Position numbers and translations under genes: made by a program. The notes under the pieces were generated by a model. That model saw nothing but the letters and a program-made list of their open reading frames with translations. It ran no database searches and was not told where the DNA came from. A stretch of DNA of 64,000 nucleotides from Pseudomonadota bacterium (GTDB lineage Bacteria > Bdellovibrionota_C > UBA2361 > OMII01), in NCBI GenBank assembly GCA_038134595.1, contig JAYPVM010000001.1:355369-419368 (forward strand), in the 5' to 3' direction. Positions 9,246 through 19,771 of the stretch are shown piece by piece (the stretch's first letter is position 1; each line of letters opens with the position of its first letter).

Positions 9246-10051
9246 CAATTGCGTTGGCATCGCTTGCATAGGTGCGTTCCTCGCTGGCCGACTACAATGC
9301 GAGTAATAGGCGAAGAGCATCGAAGACAAGGCTCAGCGCTTCTACCGTATACCTTAGGCGTATACATGCCGCCATGAACCACGTTGTCGCCAAAATCAGT
9401 TCCCAGAAGCGTGATCGCCTCTTGTAGTGTGGAAGTTATAGCTGTGTGCAAAGCTCTAACTTTACTTTGAGAGATTGTAAGGGCTTGCTGCTGAGGATGA
9501 ATCTTTGCTTTCCACAGCGACTCGTCGACATAGATATTACCCAATCCTGCGATGATACTTTGATTTAGTAAGAGAGATTTTATCTGTGTTTTGCGGTGCG
9601 AGAGTAGTGTCTGTAGATGCTCAGTGGTGAACTCTTTACTTAGTGGTTCTATCCCTAATTTCTGCGATATCGCATCCATACTGTCATATAGATATAGGCG
9701 ACCAAATTTTCGCACATCATGAAATCTTATATCTCGCCCATTACTCAAAGTAAGGATGGTTCGGTCGTGGACGGCGAGTGGTTGTGTCTTTGCAATCACA
9801 TCTAGCGAACCACTCATACGAAGATGGATGAAAAGATACCTTGATTTCTCACCGGCTAGCTCAAGGACGATAAATTTTCCACGGCGAAGAATCTGCTTGA
9901 TTACAGAACCACGAATAATTTCAGCAAATTTTTTCGCGGTATGAGTTGCTATGGTTCTCTCCCATAGGCATGTGCTTTCTATAATAGTTTTCTTAACAAC
10001 ACGCTTCCGAAGATACGAGCATGTTGCCTCAACTTCTGGAAGCTCTGGCAT
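9242..10051 (-). CDS. mutM: Formamidopyrimidine-DNA glycosylase Fpg
   Basis: Start at MPELPEVE; RRGK, HLRMSG, RKFG, GLGNIYVDE H2TH, C-terminal C4 zinc finger. Confidence 0.96.
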   Translation of the reverse strand: MPELPEVEATCSYLRKRVVKKTIIESTCLWERTIATHTAKKFAEIIRGSVIKQILRRGKFIVLELAGEKSRYLFIHLRMSGSLDVIAKTQPLAVHDRTILTLSNGRDIRFHDVRKFGRLYLYDSMDAISQKLGIEPLSKEFTTEHLQTLLSHRKTQIKSLLLNQSIIAGLGNIYVDESLWKAKIHPQQQALTISQSKVRALHTAITSTLQEAITLLGTDFGDNVVHGGMYTPKVYGRSAEPCLRCSSPITRIVVGQRGTHLCKRCQRNC

Positions 10052-10277
10052 GAATGATGTTTCTCCTGACACGTCGAGCAGTGTACCGAGCTTAACTTGC
10101 GGGTGCAACGTCGAGGCTAAACGACGTTTTCTTTTTCCTCGGCCAGTAACAGGCTAATTTAATTGACTCTTTCTATATGACTGATTACTGATACCACCAT
10201 AAACTGCGAGATTTACCTAATATGCTTAATAACCAACGTAAATCGACCGACTCTCCCTTTAAGAACAGTAGGAGCAT

Positions 10278-11729
10278 ATGCAAACTATCCACACCCATGA
10301 GGATACGGTTAAAAAGATCGATCTTTTGGTCTCTGACGACCAAATGAAGCTGTTTGCGCACATTGAGCCTCGTGAATACTATCGGCGGGTAACATTGGAG
10401 GAGTTGCTTGATGAAATCCACAAAGTAGTACCAGCCGATCTGGTCGATCGTCGGGTTGTAAATGATATCTGGCTCAATCTTCGCTTAGGACTTGTATGTG
10501 AACATCGCAGAGTGGCGATTGGAAAAGAGCCTAACGGCGGTAAGGATGCTAAATTAGTTTGGCTAGTGCGTCGATTTTCACCGGGCCAGGGGGATGATGT
10601 AGAGCGAGAGTTTGCGGATTTCTTTACACTTGGTCTCTTTGAGAATGTTGAGAAGGGTACCGAAATCGCACGAGTTTATAAAGCAGGCGAGGGAGCGGCT
10701 GGTGTTGATGTTTTTGGAAAAGTTATCCCAGCGGAGGCCGGTAAGACTGTCGAAATAAAGTGGGATAAATCTGTACTGGTTCAAACAGACGAGTCTCGTC
10801 CGCATTACACTTCGATTGTTGCAGCCAACTCAGGTTATGTGCACCACCAGGGCAATTTAGCAAGCGTACGCGATACAATTCACTTACCAAGTAATCTTGA
10901 CGGAAGTATTGGTCATTTAGACTTTCTTGGTAATGTTACAATTGCAGGGGATATTCAAAAAGGGTTTCATGTAAAAGCCGGGGGAAATATTTTCGTTAAG
11001 GGCGCAGTGCTCGGAGATAATAAGCTCTCGAGCAAAGGTTCTATCTCAATTGCCGGATATCATATCGGTTCACAAGATTCGAGCGTATCTGCTGCAGGGG
11101 ATTATTCAGTCGGATTGGCTCAAGGAGTGGTTGCTGATGTCGGCGGCGACCTCTATATCGAAACAGAGGCTAGAGATTGTGCCTTTTTCAGTTGCGGAGG
11201 AGTACTGGCATCCAAGGCAACGATTATCGGGGGGAGCATTTGGTGTGTTCGAGGAATTGAAGCAAAAAGCATCGGTAATGACGTGGGCTTGCGGACTGAA
11301 GTTGGTTTACGGACAGAAATTGAAGTTACTCCAGGATATCGAAAGCTATCGAACTCTATAACCCGTCACGAGGCAGCGCTTGCCGCTCTAGAACTTCATA
11401 TCGGTCCGTATCTTGAGAATAGAGCCAGAGTGCCACTTCTTAATCAGGAGTTTCGAACAAAGATGATCGATCTTCTATCTAAGTATGATCAGGTTTCTTC
11501 TTCGCTTGAGAAGTTGCAAGAGCAATTAGAAGAGATGAAGCAGGGTGCTCCCAAGGTGGAAGAGGCAACAGTGAGCACAAGAGAATACATGTATGCAGGA
11601 GTCGTACTGTCGGCGGGAGATATAGAGCTTGATCTTAAAGAAAACGTCCATGGCCCTGTAGGATACCAATTTAAAACTGAAACTCATGAATGGAAGCGAG
11701 GTGACTTTAAAAGCATAGAGAGGAAATAA
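10278..11729 (+). CDS. FapA / DUF342 family protein
   Basis: VAIGKEP..GKDA, ENVEKGTEIA, G.DVFG..IPA, GHLDFLGNVTIAGDI..GFHVKAGGNI beta-helix, coiled coil. Confidence 0.85.
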   Translation: MQTIHTHEDTVKKIDLLVSDDQMKLFAHIEPREYYRRVTLEELLDEIHKVVPADLVDRRVVNDIWLNLRLGLVCEHRRVAIGKEPNGGKDAKLVWLVRRFSPGQGDDVEREFADFFTLGLFENVEKGTEIARVYKAGEGAAGVDVFGKVIPAEAGKTVEIKWDKSVLVQTDESRPHYTSIVAANSGYVHHQGNLASVRDTIHLPSNLDGSIGHLDFLGNVTIAGDIQKGFHVKAGGNIFVKGAVLGDNKLSSKGSISIAGYHIGSQDSSVSAAGDYSVGLAQGVVADVGGDLYIETEARDCAFFSCGGVLASKATIIGGSIWCVRGIEAKSIGNDVGLRTEVGLRTEIEVTPGYRKLSNSITRHEAALAALELHIGPYLENRARVPLLNQEFRTKMIDLLSKYDQVSSSLEKLQEQLEEMKQGAPKVEEATVSTREYMYAGVVLSAGDIELDLKENVHGPVGYQFKTETHEWKRGDFKSIERK

Positions 11730-11730
11730 T

Positions 11731-12228
11731 ATGACTAAGCAAGATCTTTTTCGAACAATTCAATCGGCGTGTGTAATTGGCTTAGAGCTGATTCCTCCTA
11801 CGCTTCTTTGCGATAGTATAGGAGCTATCGGTTTAAAGGAACCTCTGACCGTGACGGGGGAGACATCCTTAGAGGAGTGTCTTGAGCTTATGCAATCAAA
11901 GGGGGTAGGGAGCTTGCTAGTTGTGTCGGCAGGTGGAAAGTTAGAGGGAATCTTTACCGAACGAGATTGTCTTATGAAGGTGTACGGAAAGACTTCTTTT
12001 GACGGAAGTTCAGAGGTAAGAGATTACATGACAAGCCATCCTATCTCTGAGCGCCCTGAGGCATCGCTTGCCTTTGCACTTAATTTAATGTCCAACGGAG
12101 GTTTTAGGCACATTCCTATCGTAGATCAGGAAGGTATACCCATTGGAATAATATCTGTAAAAGATGTGGTTGATTATATTGTCGGAAAGATGCTTTCTTC
12201 AATAAATAACCTGGTAGATGAGGTATAG
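11731..12228 (+). CDS. CBS-pair domain protein
   Basis: GSLLVV...GIFTERD, FRHIPIVD..G.PIGIISVKD. Confidence 0.9.
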   Translation: MTKQDLFRTIQSACVIGLELIPPTLLCDSIGAIGLKEPLTVTGETSLEECLELMQSKGVGSLLVVSAGGKLEGIFTERDCLMKVYGKTSFDGSSEVRDYMTSHPISERPEASLAFALNLMSNGGFRHIPIVDQEGIPIGIISVKDVVDYIVGKMLSSINNLVDEV

Positions 12229-12267
12229 AGCAAGTAGTGTTTACGGTCGTCGACGATATCTTGCCGC

Positions 12268-12306
12268 AATAAAAAAGGGCGCTCGTAACGAGCGCCCTTT
12301 TTTATT
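12268..12306. terminator. Bidirectional rho-independent terminator
   Basis: AATAAAAAAGGGCGCTCG-TAA-CGAGCGCCCTTTTTTATT perfect inverted repeat between convergent genes. Confidence 0.9.
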
Positions 12307-12354
12307 TTAATTTTTGCTCTTCAGGCTCGAAAAAGATCGAGCCGAAAGAACCAC

Positions 12355-14427
12355 TTAAAGAAGTGGCGCAATTAAGAGCGATAAGATGGAGACCATCTTG
12401 ATAAGGATACTTAGGGATGGCCCTGATGTATCCTTGAACGGATCTCCTACAGTATCACCGACAACAGCAGCTTTGTGAGCTTCTGAGCCTTTCACCTCTC
12501 CTTCAACGAGTCCTTGCTCGATGAATTTCTTGGCGTTGTCCCAAGCTCCACCTGTGTTGGCCATGAATATACCGAGGACAACTCCTACAACAGTTGCTCC
12601 CATTAGAAGTCCGGCGAGAGCCTCTGGTCCCATGATGAAGCCAACTGCAATAGGCGTGAGAAATGCCACAAGCCCAGGCGTAATCATCTCAGAGAGAGCC
12701 GCCTTGGTTGAGATCTCTACGCATCGAGAGACATCAGGTTTTACACCCTCTTTGCCCTCGAGGAGTCCTGTAATTTCACGGAACTGACGCCGGATTTCAG
12801 TAACAATCATCGAAGCTGCCTTGCCGACTGATTGCATCGTAAAAGATACAACAAGCGCTGGAAGTATCGCTCCAATGAACACACCGATAACCAACTTTGG
12901 ATTGGTGATGCTTAGATCGATTGCTCGGCCTGAAGCAGTCGCCATTAGAGTTTGTGTATATGCACCGAAGACAGCAATAGCGGTCAGACCTGCAGATCCG
13001 ATAGCGAATCCCTTTCCGATAGCCGCTGTTGTATTACCGAGAGCATCTAGCTTGTCGGTAATAGCGCGGGTTTCAGAACCGAGATTAGCCATTTCAGAGA
13101 TTCCCCCTGCGTTGTCAGCAATTGGTCCATATGCGTCAATCGTCATTACGATTCCCGTTGTTGCCAACATGGCCACGCCTGCCAGTGCTACTCCGTATAC
13201 TCCCCCAAAAAGATGAGATACGTACACTGCAGCAACTATCAAAACAAGCGGAAGTGCTACACTTCGGAATCCAACAGCGATACCGTTAATGACACACGTT
13301 GCTGGACCAGTCTTTGCAGCCTGAACGATTTCAAAGATTGGCTTTGAGGCGGTGTAGTACTCTGTAGCAAGTCCGATACCTATTCCGCACACTGTACCGA
13401 AGATAACAGGCCACCAGAGAACACCGTTAACAGGTGTATAGAAAAAGAAACCTAGACACGCGACGACAAATATTACCGAGGCGAGAAGGATCGTCATTCT
13501 AAGAGCCTTGGCGGCGTCTCCATCTTTCATCACAGACATCAGTTTAATCGATATGTATGAGGCGATAGCACCGATAAGTCCCAAAATTAGAGGTGTGGCC
13601 ATGAGCCAAATCCTGAAGTACTCCTCAGTTCCGGCAACGCCAGCGGCGCCAAAAGTCGTTAGTGTTTTAAGCTGATCGACACTGAGAGTTGCGGCAAGAG
13701 CTAGACATCCTATGAGACATGTAACGTATGATTCAAAGATATCTGCACCCATTCCGGCTACGTCTCCTACGTTGTCACCAACGTTGTCAGCAATAACACC
13801 GGGATTTCGTGGATCATCTTCTGGGATTCCAGCTTCGACCTTGCCCACAAGGTCAGCGCCAACATCGGCAGCTTTCGTGTAAATTCCACCACCCACACGC
13901 GCAAAGAGCGCAACTGATGAAGCGCCCATAGCAAAGCCGATGATAGGCTCGTGGTGAGCTGGAGTTCCGTATACTAAGAATAGTGCTCCCACCCCAATAA
14001 GTCCGAGAGCTGCAACTGAGAGTCCCATAACGGCACCGCCGTTAAATGCGACCATCAATGCCTGTCCCGGCTTGTTCTCTGAGGCTGCATGAGCAGTTCG
14101 CACGTTTGAGATAGTAGCGGCTTTCATTCCAAGGTAGCCAGCAAGAAGCGAACTTGCGGCACCAAAGACAAACGCTGCTGCGGTTGGAAGTTTTAGCGAC
14201 CACCAGATTGCAAGGAACGCAAAGGCTATAAAAACCCCTAGATAAAGCGCTTGCTGTTTAAGGTAAGCTATCGCACCATCACGAATAGCGCCGCTGATCT
14301 CTTGCATGCGAGCGTTTCCTGCCGGTAACGCTTTGATATTGGTGTACATAATGTACGCCAGAGCAAAAGCTACAACGCCAAACAGAGGTGTCGCCCATGT
14401 CAGATATGTCAAAATTGTTTGATCCAT
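12355..14427 (-). CDS. hppA: Membrane-bound cation-translocating pyrophosphatase (K+-dependent, probably Na+-pumping)
   Basis: GGIYTKAADVGADLVGKVEAGIPEDDPRNP, DNVGDNVGD, GADIFESY, DALGNTTAA, GGAWDNAKK, GDTVGDPFKD. Confidence 0.96.
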   Translation of the reverse strand: MDQTILTYLTWATPLFGVVAFALAYIMYTNIKALPAGNARMQEISGAIRDGAIAYLKQQALYLGVFIAFAFLAIWWSLKLPTAAAFVFGAASSLLAGYLGMKAATISNVRTAHAASENKPGQALMVAFNGGAVMGLSVAALGLIGVGALFLVYGTPAHHEPIIGFAMGASSVALFARVGGGIYTKAADVGADLVGKVEAGIPEDDPRNPGVIADNVGDNVGDVAGMGADIFESYVTCLIGCLALAATLSVDQLKTLTTFGAAGVAGTEEYFRIWLMATPLILGLIGAIASYISIKLMSVMKDGDAAKALRMTILLASVIFVVACLGFFFYTPVNGVLWWPVIFGTVCGIGIGLATEYYTASKPIFEIVQAAKTGPATCVINGIAVGFRSVALPLVLIVAAVYVSHLFGGVYGVALAGVAMLATTGIVMTIDAYGPIADNAGGISEMANLGSETRAITDKLDALGNTTAAIGKGFAIGSAGLTAIAVFGAYTQTLMATASGRAIDLSITNPKLVIGVFIGAILPALVVSFTMQSVGKAASMIVTEIRRQFREITGLLEGKEGVKPDVSRCVEISTKAALSEMITPGLVAFLTPIAVGFIMGPEALAGLLMGATVVGVVLGIFMANTGGAWDNAKKFIEQGLVEGEVKGSEAHKAAVVGDTVGDPFKDTSGPSLSILIKMVSILSLLIAPLL

Positions 14428-14612
14428 AATTCCCTAGCTGAACGTAACTACTGTTAATGAACCAATCGCTCGGGTCGCTTTTTTGCTTTGAGCCATTTGG
14501 CCAAGCCTCAAAGCGATGATACGAGGGGCTGGTCTTGGAGTGAATGTAAGAAGTGAAAAACTAGTTTCTTCACTTCTTACATGACTAAATACCTGAAAAA
14601 ACAGGCTGCGAG

Positions 14613-14640
14613 ATTGTAACTTTTATATCCTAAGAGTCAA
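14613..14640 (-). promoter_or_regulatory. Putative sigma70 promoter of hppA
   Basis: Minus strand TTGACT-16 bp-TACAAT, implying a ~180 nt leader. Confidence 0.5.
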
Positions 14641-14791
14641 CCCGTTGGAAGTGATAAAGAGTGTCCTTAGACCTAATAACAGGGAGTTAGTGGCGTGACT
14701 CCTCGATATTAGCCCGATGTTTTTTGAGCTGTCTTAAGCGGTTTTCTTACTCTAACAGCCTAAGATGGTGTTCTGTGATACTTTAGGTAAG

Positions 14792-16465
14792 CTAGTGGGT
14801 TAGTTTTTTATATTTGATGCGATGCGGGGTGTCTGCCTCAGAGCCCATCCTTCGCTTTCTATCTAACTCATATTCTTGATAGTTTCCTTCGAACCACACA
14901 ACAGAGCTGTCGCCTTCAAACGCGAGGATATGGGTGGCAATCCTGTCGAGAAACCATCTGTCATGGCTTATCACCACCGCGCATCCTGCAAAGTTTAACA
15001 ACGCCTCTTCGAGGGCTCGAAGTGTGTTTACATCGAGATCATTAGTTGGTTCGTCAAGCAGAATTACATTGCCACCTGAGCGGAGCATTTTTGCTAAGTG
15101 CACCCGATTCCTCTCTCCACCAGAGAGGTTTCCTACTTTTTTCTGTTGATCTGGCCCTGCAAAGTTGAACCGAGCAACGTACGCTCGTGCGTTAAATTCT
15201 CTGCTTCCCATTTTGATAATTTCATCGCCGCCCGATATTTCATCATAGACGCTTTTATTGGCATCGAGGGTATCTCGACCTTGATCAACGTATGAAAGTG
15301 AGACGGTGTCGCCTACTTTAAACGTGCCGTGGTCTGGTTGTTCTTGTTTCGTAATGAGCTTAAAGAGTGTGGTTTTTCCCGCTCCGTTTGGTCCGATTAC
15401 ACCTACGATACCCCCTCGAGGGAGATTGAAACTCACGTTTTCAAAAAGTAGTTTTTCGCCGTATTGCTTTGCGACGCCCTGTGCTTCCATAACGACGTCA
15501 CCCAATCGAGGTCCTGGGGGAATATAGATCTCGAGGTCTTGAATTTTTGCATCTTGATTGGCATTTAACAGCTCTTCATAAGCCTTGATGCGAGCCTTTG
15601 ATTTCGCTTGCCGGGCTCTGGGCGACTGTTGGATCCATTCAAGCTCTCGAGCGAGAGTTTTTTGGCGTTTGGATTCGCCTTTTTCCTCTATCTCAAGTCG
15701 AGAACGCTTTTGGTCTAGCCAGCTTGAATAGTTGCCTTCCCACGGCACACCGTGGCCGCGATCGAGCTCCAAGATCCACTTTGCTATATTGTCTAAGAAA
15801 TACCTATCATGAGTTACGCAGACCACAGCACCTGGATAATCCTGCAGGTGGCGTTCAAGCCAAGCGACTGATTCTGCATCCAGATGGTTTGTTGGTTCGT
15901 CGAGAAGCAAGAGGTCAGGTTTCTCGAGCAGTAGTTTGCAGAGAGCAACTCGTCGTCGTTCACCTCCCGATAGATTCTCTACTGAAGAATCTCCAGGGGG
16001 GCATCGTAGTGCATCCATGGCGATTTCGAGCGTTCTGTCTAAATCCCAAGCATCGATTGCATCGATTCTCTCTTGGAGTGAAGCTTGCTTGTCGATTAGA
16101 GCCTCCATCTCTTCTGGAGAGATGTCATCGCCGAGTTTCATGCTGACTGCTTCAAAATCCGAGAGAAGGGTAGCGGCTTCTTTACATCCCTCCATCACGT
16201 TTTCTTTCACCGTTTTGGACGGATCGAGCGAAGGCTCCTGCTCCAGATAGCCGATGGTGGCGTTGGGTCGGAAGATGACCTCACCGTTGTACTCGGTGTC
16301 GAGACCGGCCATGATCTTAAGTAAACTCGACTTTCCTGAGCCATTCAAGCCCACCACGCCGATTTTTGCGCCCTCAAAGAATGATAATGAAATATCTTTA
16401 AGTACTTGTTTGCTAGGAGGGTGAACCCTGCTAACCCGGTTCATAGAGAATAAAATTGGTGCCAT
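14792..16465 (-). CDS. ettA: Energy-dependent translational throttle ABC-F ATPase
   Basis: VLKDISLSFF.GAKIGV.GLNGSGKS, two ABC domains, ELEWI...RQAKSKAR linker, PHRIKYKKL C-terminus. Confidence 0.96.
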   Translation of the reverse strand: MAPILFSMNRVSRVHPPSKQVLKDISLSFFEGAKIGVVGLNGSGKSSLLKIMAGLDTEYNGEVIFRPNATIGYLEQEPSLDPSKTVKENVMEGCKEAATLLSDFEAVSMKLGDDISPEEMEALIDKQASLQERIDAIDAWDLDRTLEIAMDALRCPPGDSSVENLSGGERRRVALCKLLLEKPDLLLLDEPTNHLDAESVAWLERHLQDYPGAVVCVTHDRYFLDNIAKWILELDRGHGVPWEGNYSSWLDQKRSRLEIEEKGESKRQKTLARELEWIQQSPRARQAKSKARIKAYEELLNANQDAKIQDLEIYIPPGPRLGDVVMEAQGVAKQYGEKLLFENVSFNLPRGGIVGVIGPNGAGKTTLFKLITKQEQPDHGTFKVGDTVSLSYVDQGRDTLDANKSVYDEISGGDEIIKMGSREFNARAYVARFNFAGPDQQKKVGNLSGGERNRVHLAKMLRSGGNVILLDEPTNDLDVNTLRALEEALLNFAGCAVVISHDRWFLDRIATHILAFEGDSSVVWFEGNYQEYELDRKRRMGSEADTPHRIKYKKLTH

Positions 16466-16675
16466 AGCCCGGAAGGATACCGCTGGAATCGTTGTTGTAG
16501 CAAGGGCGTTACGAGAAAATAAACTGGCTCTGGGAAGCGACGAAAAAAAAACTTGAAAACTGGCAACTTTCTGACATTATATTCGATAACAGTTCTAGAA
16601 CACTGAGGTCGTGCCGCGAGTAGGCGTACCTTTGGCGGGCGAGAACTTTAAAAACGTAACCAATCAGGGAGCGTA

Positions 16676-19078
16676 ATGGGGCAACGGAAGAAGAAAACTG
16701 CAAACTCTAAACAGGCGGGCAGTTATCTTCTTGAGTTTTCAGTTGCTATCATCGGCGTAATTGGCTTTGTTCTGGCCATCGCAGATGTTTCCCGAATGTA
16801 TCATGCACGAGCGGCCGTAAAGGCGGGTGTCACTGCCGCCCTTCGCTGTCTCTATCCTACTGATGCTGGATGTTTGACCGCTGGCCCTAGTGGCGGGAGT
16901 ATCAGTCCCTCTCGGTTTAACGCATGGGTGTGGGGCAGTCAGGGTTTTCGATTTCCGCGATCTTCGGTGGTGCTAAATGCATCGTGGTACAATGAGCCAG
17001 TTGTTGAGGTTCCCGTAAGGGAGCGTCAGCTTCTAGGGGTTGATGTTGTTCGAGAGCGTACACCGTATCGAAATTTTTCGGTGTTGTTTCCTATGGACGC
17101 GCATGCTCCATATCTACTTAAAGTAAGAGATCTTCCCCGACTCGATGGCACCAATCCCTTGAATCCCGTGTTTTTAAATAGAGCAACGGGCCAGGCGCTA
17201 CCACCTACGGCAAGAGGGCTTGCGGGAGATAGGGTGATTAGGCTTCAAAATGTCGGCCTCAATGCAACATCGTCAACGAGCTGGGTTCCGATAGGTTCGG
17301 TGTCTTTTTCGATGTCTGATGCCTGGAGCAATCAGCCTGCTGATAGTGCGGCGATAGGTGCGATTGAAGGAACTCACGGAGTTTCTGTTCCATGTTATCA
17401 GGGTGGTGTGGCGCAAGGAGCTACTGGCTCAGTGCTTCAATGGCCAGCTACCGGTGGGCCTCAGCAGTGTCAGTATCGAACGGCGACGCAGAATTTGTTA
17501 ACTGCACAAGGTGTGCGGGTGCCACTGTTATTTAGGCTTAGTGGTAGTCGAAATAGTGTGTCGGCCGGTGCTCAGGGGGAAGTTCGGGTTAGGATGGTAT
17601 TTACCAATCTTCAAGGAGAACGTAGGCGTGTTGAGTTAGGAGGGCGCACCTTTTCAGATGCTGGTTCAGTAGATTTTTTAGTTAGAGGTGCCCGCAGAGG
17701 GGTAGATGTAACGCGGCGACTGGCACAAGCCTACGATGCGGCGGGGTATGACGAACTTGATTTGTATGGAGACCTTCCGATGGTGCCGCTTGCCAGCGAT
17801 GTTCGCCTTGACTTTTTTGTGCGCAAAATTGCCGGCACTGCGACGCAGACAGTCGGTTGGAGGGGAGAGGATTTGCAGTTGTTTTATCCTCGTTTTGAGT
17901 TTGTGCATGAGATAAAAGATTGCGGATACTCAGTGAATCCATCTCTATGTGCCAACTCAGTTCTTCCCGTTCAGCCGCTTTACTCCGATCTTGATTCAGG
18001 TAGAACTATCAGTTCAAAACCTGTTGATCAGATGAATTGCCAGAGATTCGCCCCAAATGACACGGTTGGAGAATACGGAGATGTGATGAACAATCTGCAG
18101 GAGCAGTTTGAAAAGGGAGAACTCCGCAGTGCCACATCGTTTCTTACCAATTCCAACACGCTCGGTGATAGCTGTGTACCTCAAACTGTCAGTGCGGATT
18201 GTTCGGATGAGCCAATCGAAGTTTTTCAAGGATGCGAAGATGAGGATCCCCCAGCTAATATCGAGAGCAAGTGTGCAATCGAATCATTTGATCCGACCTA
18301 CGACTCGATTTCGGATGTTCATTATAGGGTTAATGATTTAGACGTTACAGAATCTCGGGGGACGTGCACAGACGAGGTATTTCCTGTCTGCTCGAAGCCT
18401 CATCAGGTGCAGCGAGGAGAGCAATTCCTCGGTAATACCAATGGATCCTGCGCGGATTCTAGGAGAGTTGTTGCGCAGCCTTTTTCTTCTCAACCATTTT
18501 TCAATAATACATGTACCGACATAAGCGCTCGCTTTGTAGAGGAGTATCGACAGCGACATCAGGTGCCCGATGAAGTCGATGTTCCCGTTCTCATTCAAAC
18601 ACAACCGGCGGTTTATAGTGCCGTTGCTCCGACCGATAGTTGCCAGGAGTTTACAGAGAGTGGAGATGGCGACACTGATGAGCTTTTATGCGCATCAGCC
18701 AGCACCCGAGGAGTAGCTAGGCGGTGTTGTGAAAGGCATGAGGGGCGTTGTCGCTTAGAGGCTTTACCCACAGGTATTTTCAGTGGTGATACAAGCACAG
18801 GAGCAGATGGGCTTTTGACCAGAGCGTCTGAGAGAGCCGTTGAGACGATTCAGGCGGCGTATCCTTCAGCGCAGAGTGGAGTTGTTTGCGAGGCTGGTTT
18901 GGTAAATTGCATTCAGATTGAAACGGCTTTGGTAAACGATGAGACTGAAGCCCAAGTTCGCGCTTCGGTAGCTGTTCCAATGGGCATTCTTGGTTGGTTG
19001 GGATTCTCCGAAGAGGCCGTAATTGAGAGTGAGCAGACACGGATTTTGGAAAGCTCTTTAACTACCGAAAGCTATTAA
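16676..19078 (+). CDS. Large TadE-like pseudopilin with Cys-rich extracellular insert
   Basis: Basic leader then G-SYLLEF and hydrophobic helix (Tad prepilin pattern); TadE-like C-terminal strand VRASVAVPMGILGWLG; many Cys in C-terminal half. Confidence 0.6.
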   Translation: MGQRKKKTANSKQAGSYLLEFSVAIIGVIGFVLAIADVSRMYHARAAVKAGVTAALRCLYPTDAGCLTAGPSGGSISPSRFNAWVWGSQGFRFPRSSVVLNASWYNEPVVEVPVRERQLLGVDVVRERTPYRNFSVLFPMDAHAPYLLKVRDLPRLDGTNPLNPVFLNRATGQALPPTARGLAGDRVIRLQNVGLNATSSTSWVPIGSVSFSMSDAWSNQPADSAAIGAIEGTHGVSVPCYQGGVAQGATGSVLQWPATGGPQQCQYRTATQNLLTAQGVRVPLLFRLSGSRNSVSAGAQGEVRVRMVFTNLQGERRRVELGGRTFSDAGSVDFLVRGARRGVDVTRRLAQAYDAAGYDELDLYGDLPMVPLASDVRLDFFVRKIAGTATQTVGWRGEDLQLFYPRFEFVHEIKDCGYSVNPSLCANSVLPVQPLYSDLDSGRTISSKPVDQMNCQRFAPNDTVGEYGDVMNNLQEQFEKGELRSATSFLTNSNTLGDSCVPQTVSADCSDEPIEVFQGCEDEDPPANIESKCAIESFDPTYDSISDVHYRVNDLDVTESRGTCTDEVFPVCSKPHQVQRGEQFLGNTNGSCADSRRVVAQPFSSQPFFNNTCTDISARFVEEYRQRHQVPDEVDVPVLIQTQPAVYSAVAPTDSCQEFTESGDGDTDELLCASASTRGVARRCCERHEGRCRLEALPTGIFSGDTSTGADGLLTRASERAVETIQAAYPSAQSGVVCEAGLVNCIQIETALVNDETEAQVRASVAVPMGILGWLGFSEEAVIESEQTRILESSLTTESY

Positions 19079-19212
19079 AATCGGGTTAATACTCTTGGTT
19101 TTATTAACAACGGTCTAGCCGATGCAACGTCGGGTATCATTGAGCTTGGTGGGAATCGAAAAAGTGCGCTACACTCTGTGAAAGATAATAGAAAATTACA
19201 CTAAGAGGGCGT

Positions 19213-19731
19213 ATGAAAACTTTAAGCAGTCTTTTTCTGGTATTTCTCTGCGCTAGTTTTTGTGTACCACTGGAGCTACACGCGGATTCTCAGATGTATG
19301 CTGTGATTAGTGAAGAAGACAGGCTGGGCGCCCGCTCAGACGAATACAGTAGGGTTTTTGACAGCGCTATATCAGCTCTTGTCGACAAGAAGCCTATGCG
19401 ATTTAGGCGCCTTTTGACTACAGCTACGGTGAGCAGTGAGACTCGGGGGCCAGGGGCAATCGATCTCATCATTCGGGATCGCTTCATTCCATTTTTTGAT
19501 GACTTCGAGAGTCTTACGGATAAAATTGCTACGGCACCAACCTTTGATCCCGTTGGGCATACAGGACTTGCATTTGCGCGGTCTTTTAAGACTACCAGTG
19601 GTGCAACAAAATCATTTGTCATTTATCTGGTAGAGGAAAACAAAACAATCAAGGTGGGAAATTTACTACTCAATGCAACAAAGAGTGTCTTTGAGAAAGA
19701 GGAGAGTAAGAAGAGTAAGAAGAGTAAGTAG
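19213..19731 (+). CDS. Exported hypothetical protein
   Basis: Signal peptide MKTLSSLFLVFLCASFCVPLELHA; Lys-rich tail from a 9-bp tandem repeat. Confidence 0.65.
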   Translation: MKTLSSLFLVFLCASFCVPLELHADSQMYAVISEEDRLGARSDEYSRVFDSAISALVDKKPMRFRRLLTTATVSSETRGPGAIDLIIRDRFIPFFDDFESLTDKIATAPTFDPVGHTGLAFARSFKTTSGATKSFVIYLVEENKTIKVGNLLLNATKSVFEKEESKKSKKSK

Positions 19732-19771
19732 TGCTCGACCGATTTTAGGCGCTATCTCTTGTCAAGCAGAG

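Noticed and set aside
19702..19728. 9-bp tandem repeat encoding ESK-KSK-KSK
   Set aside because: In-frame low-complexity tail; no sign of phase variation
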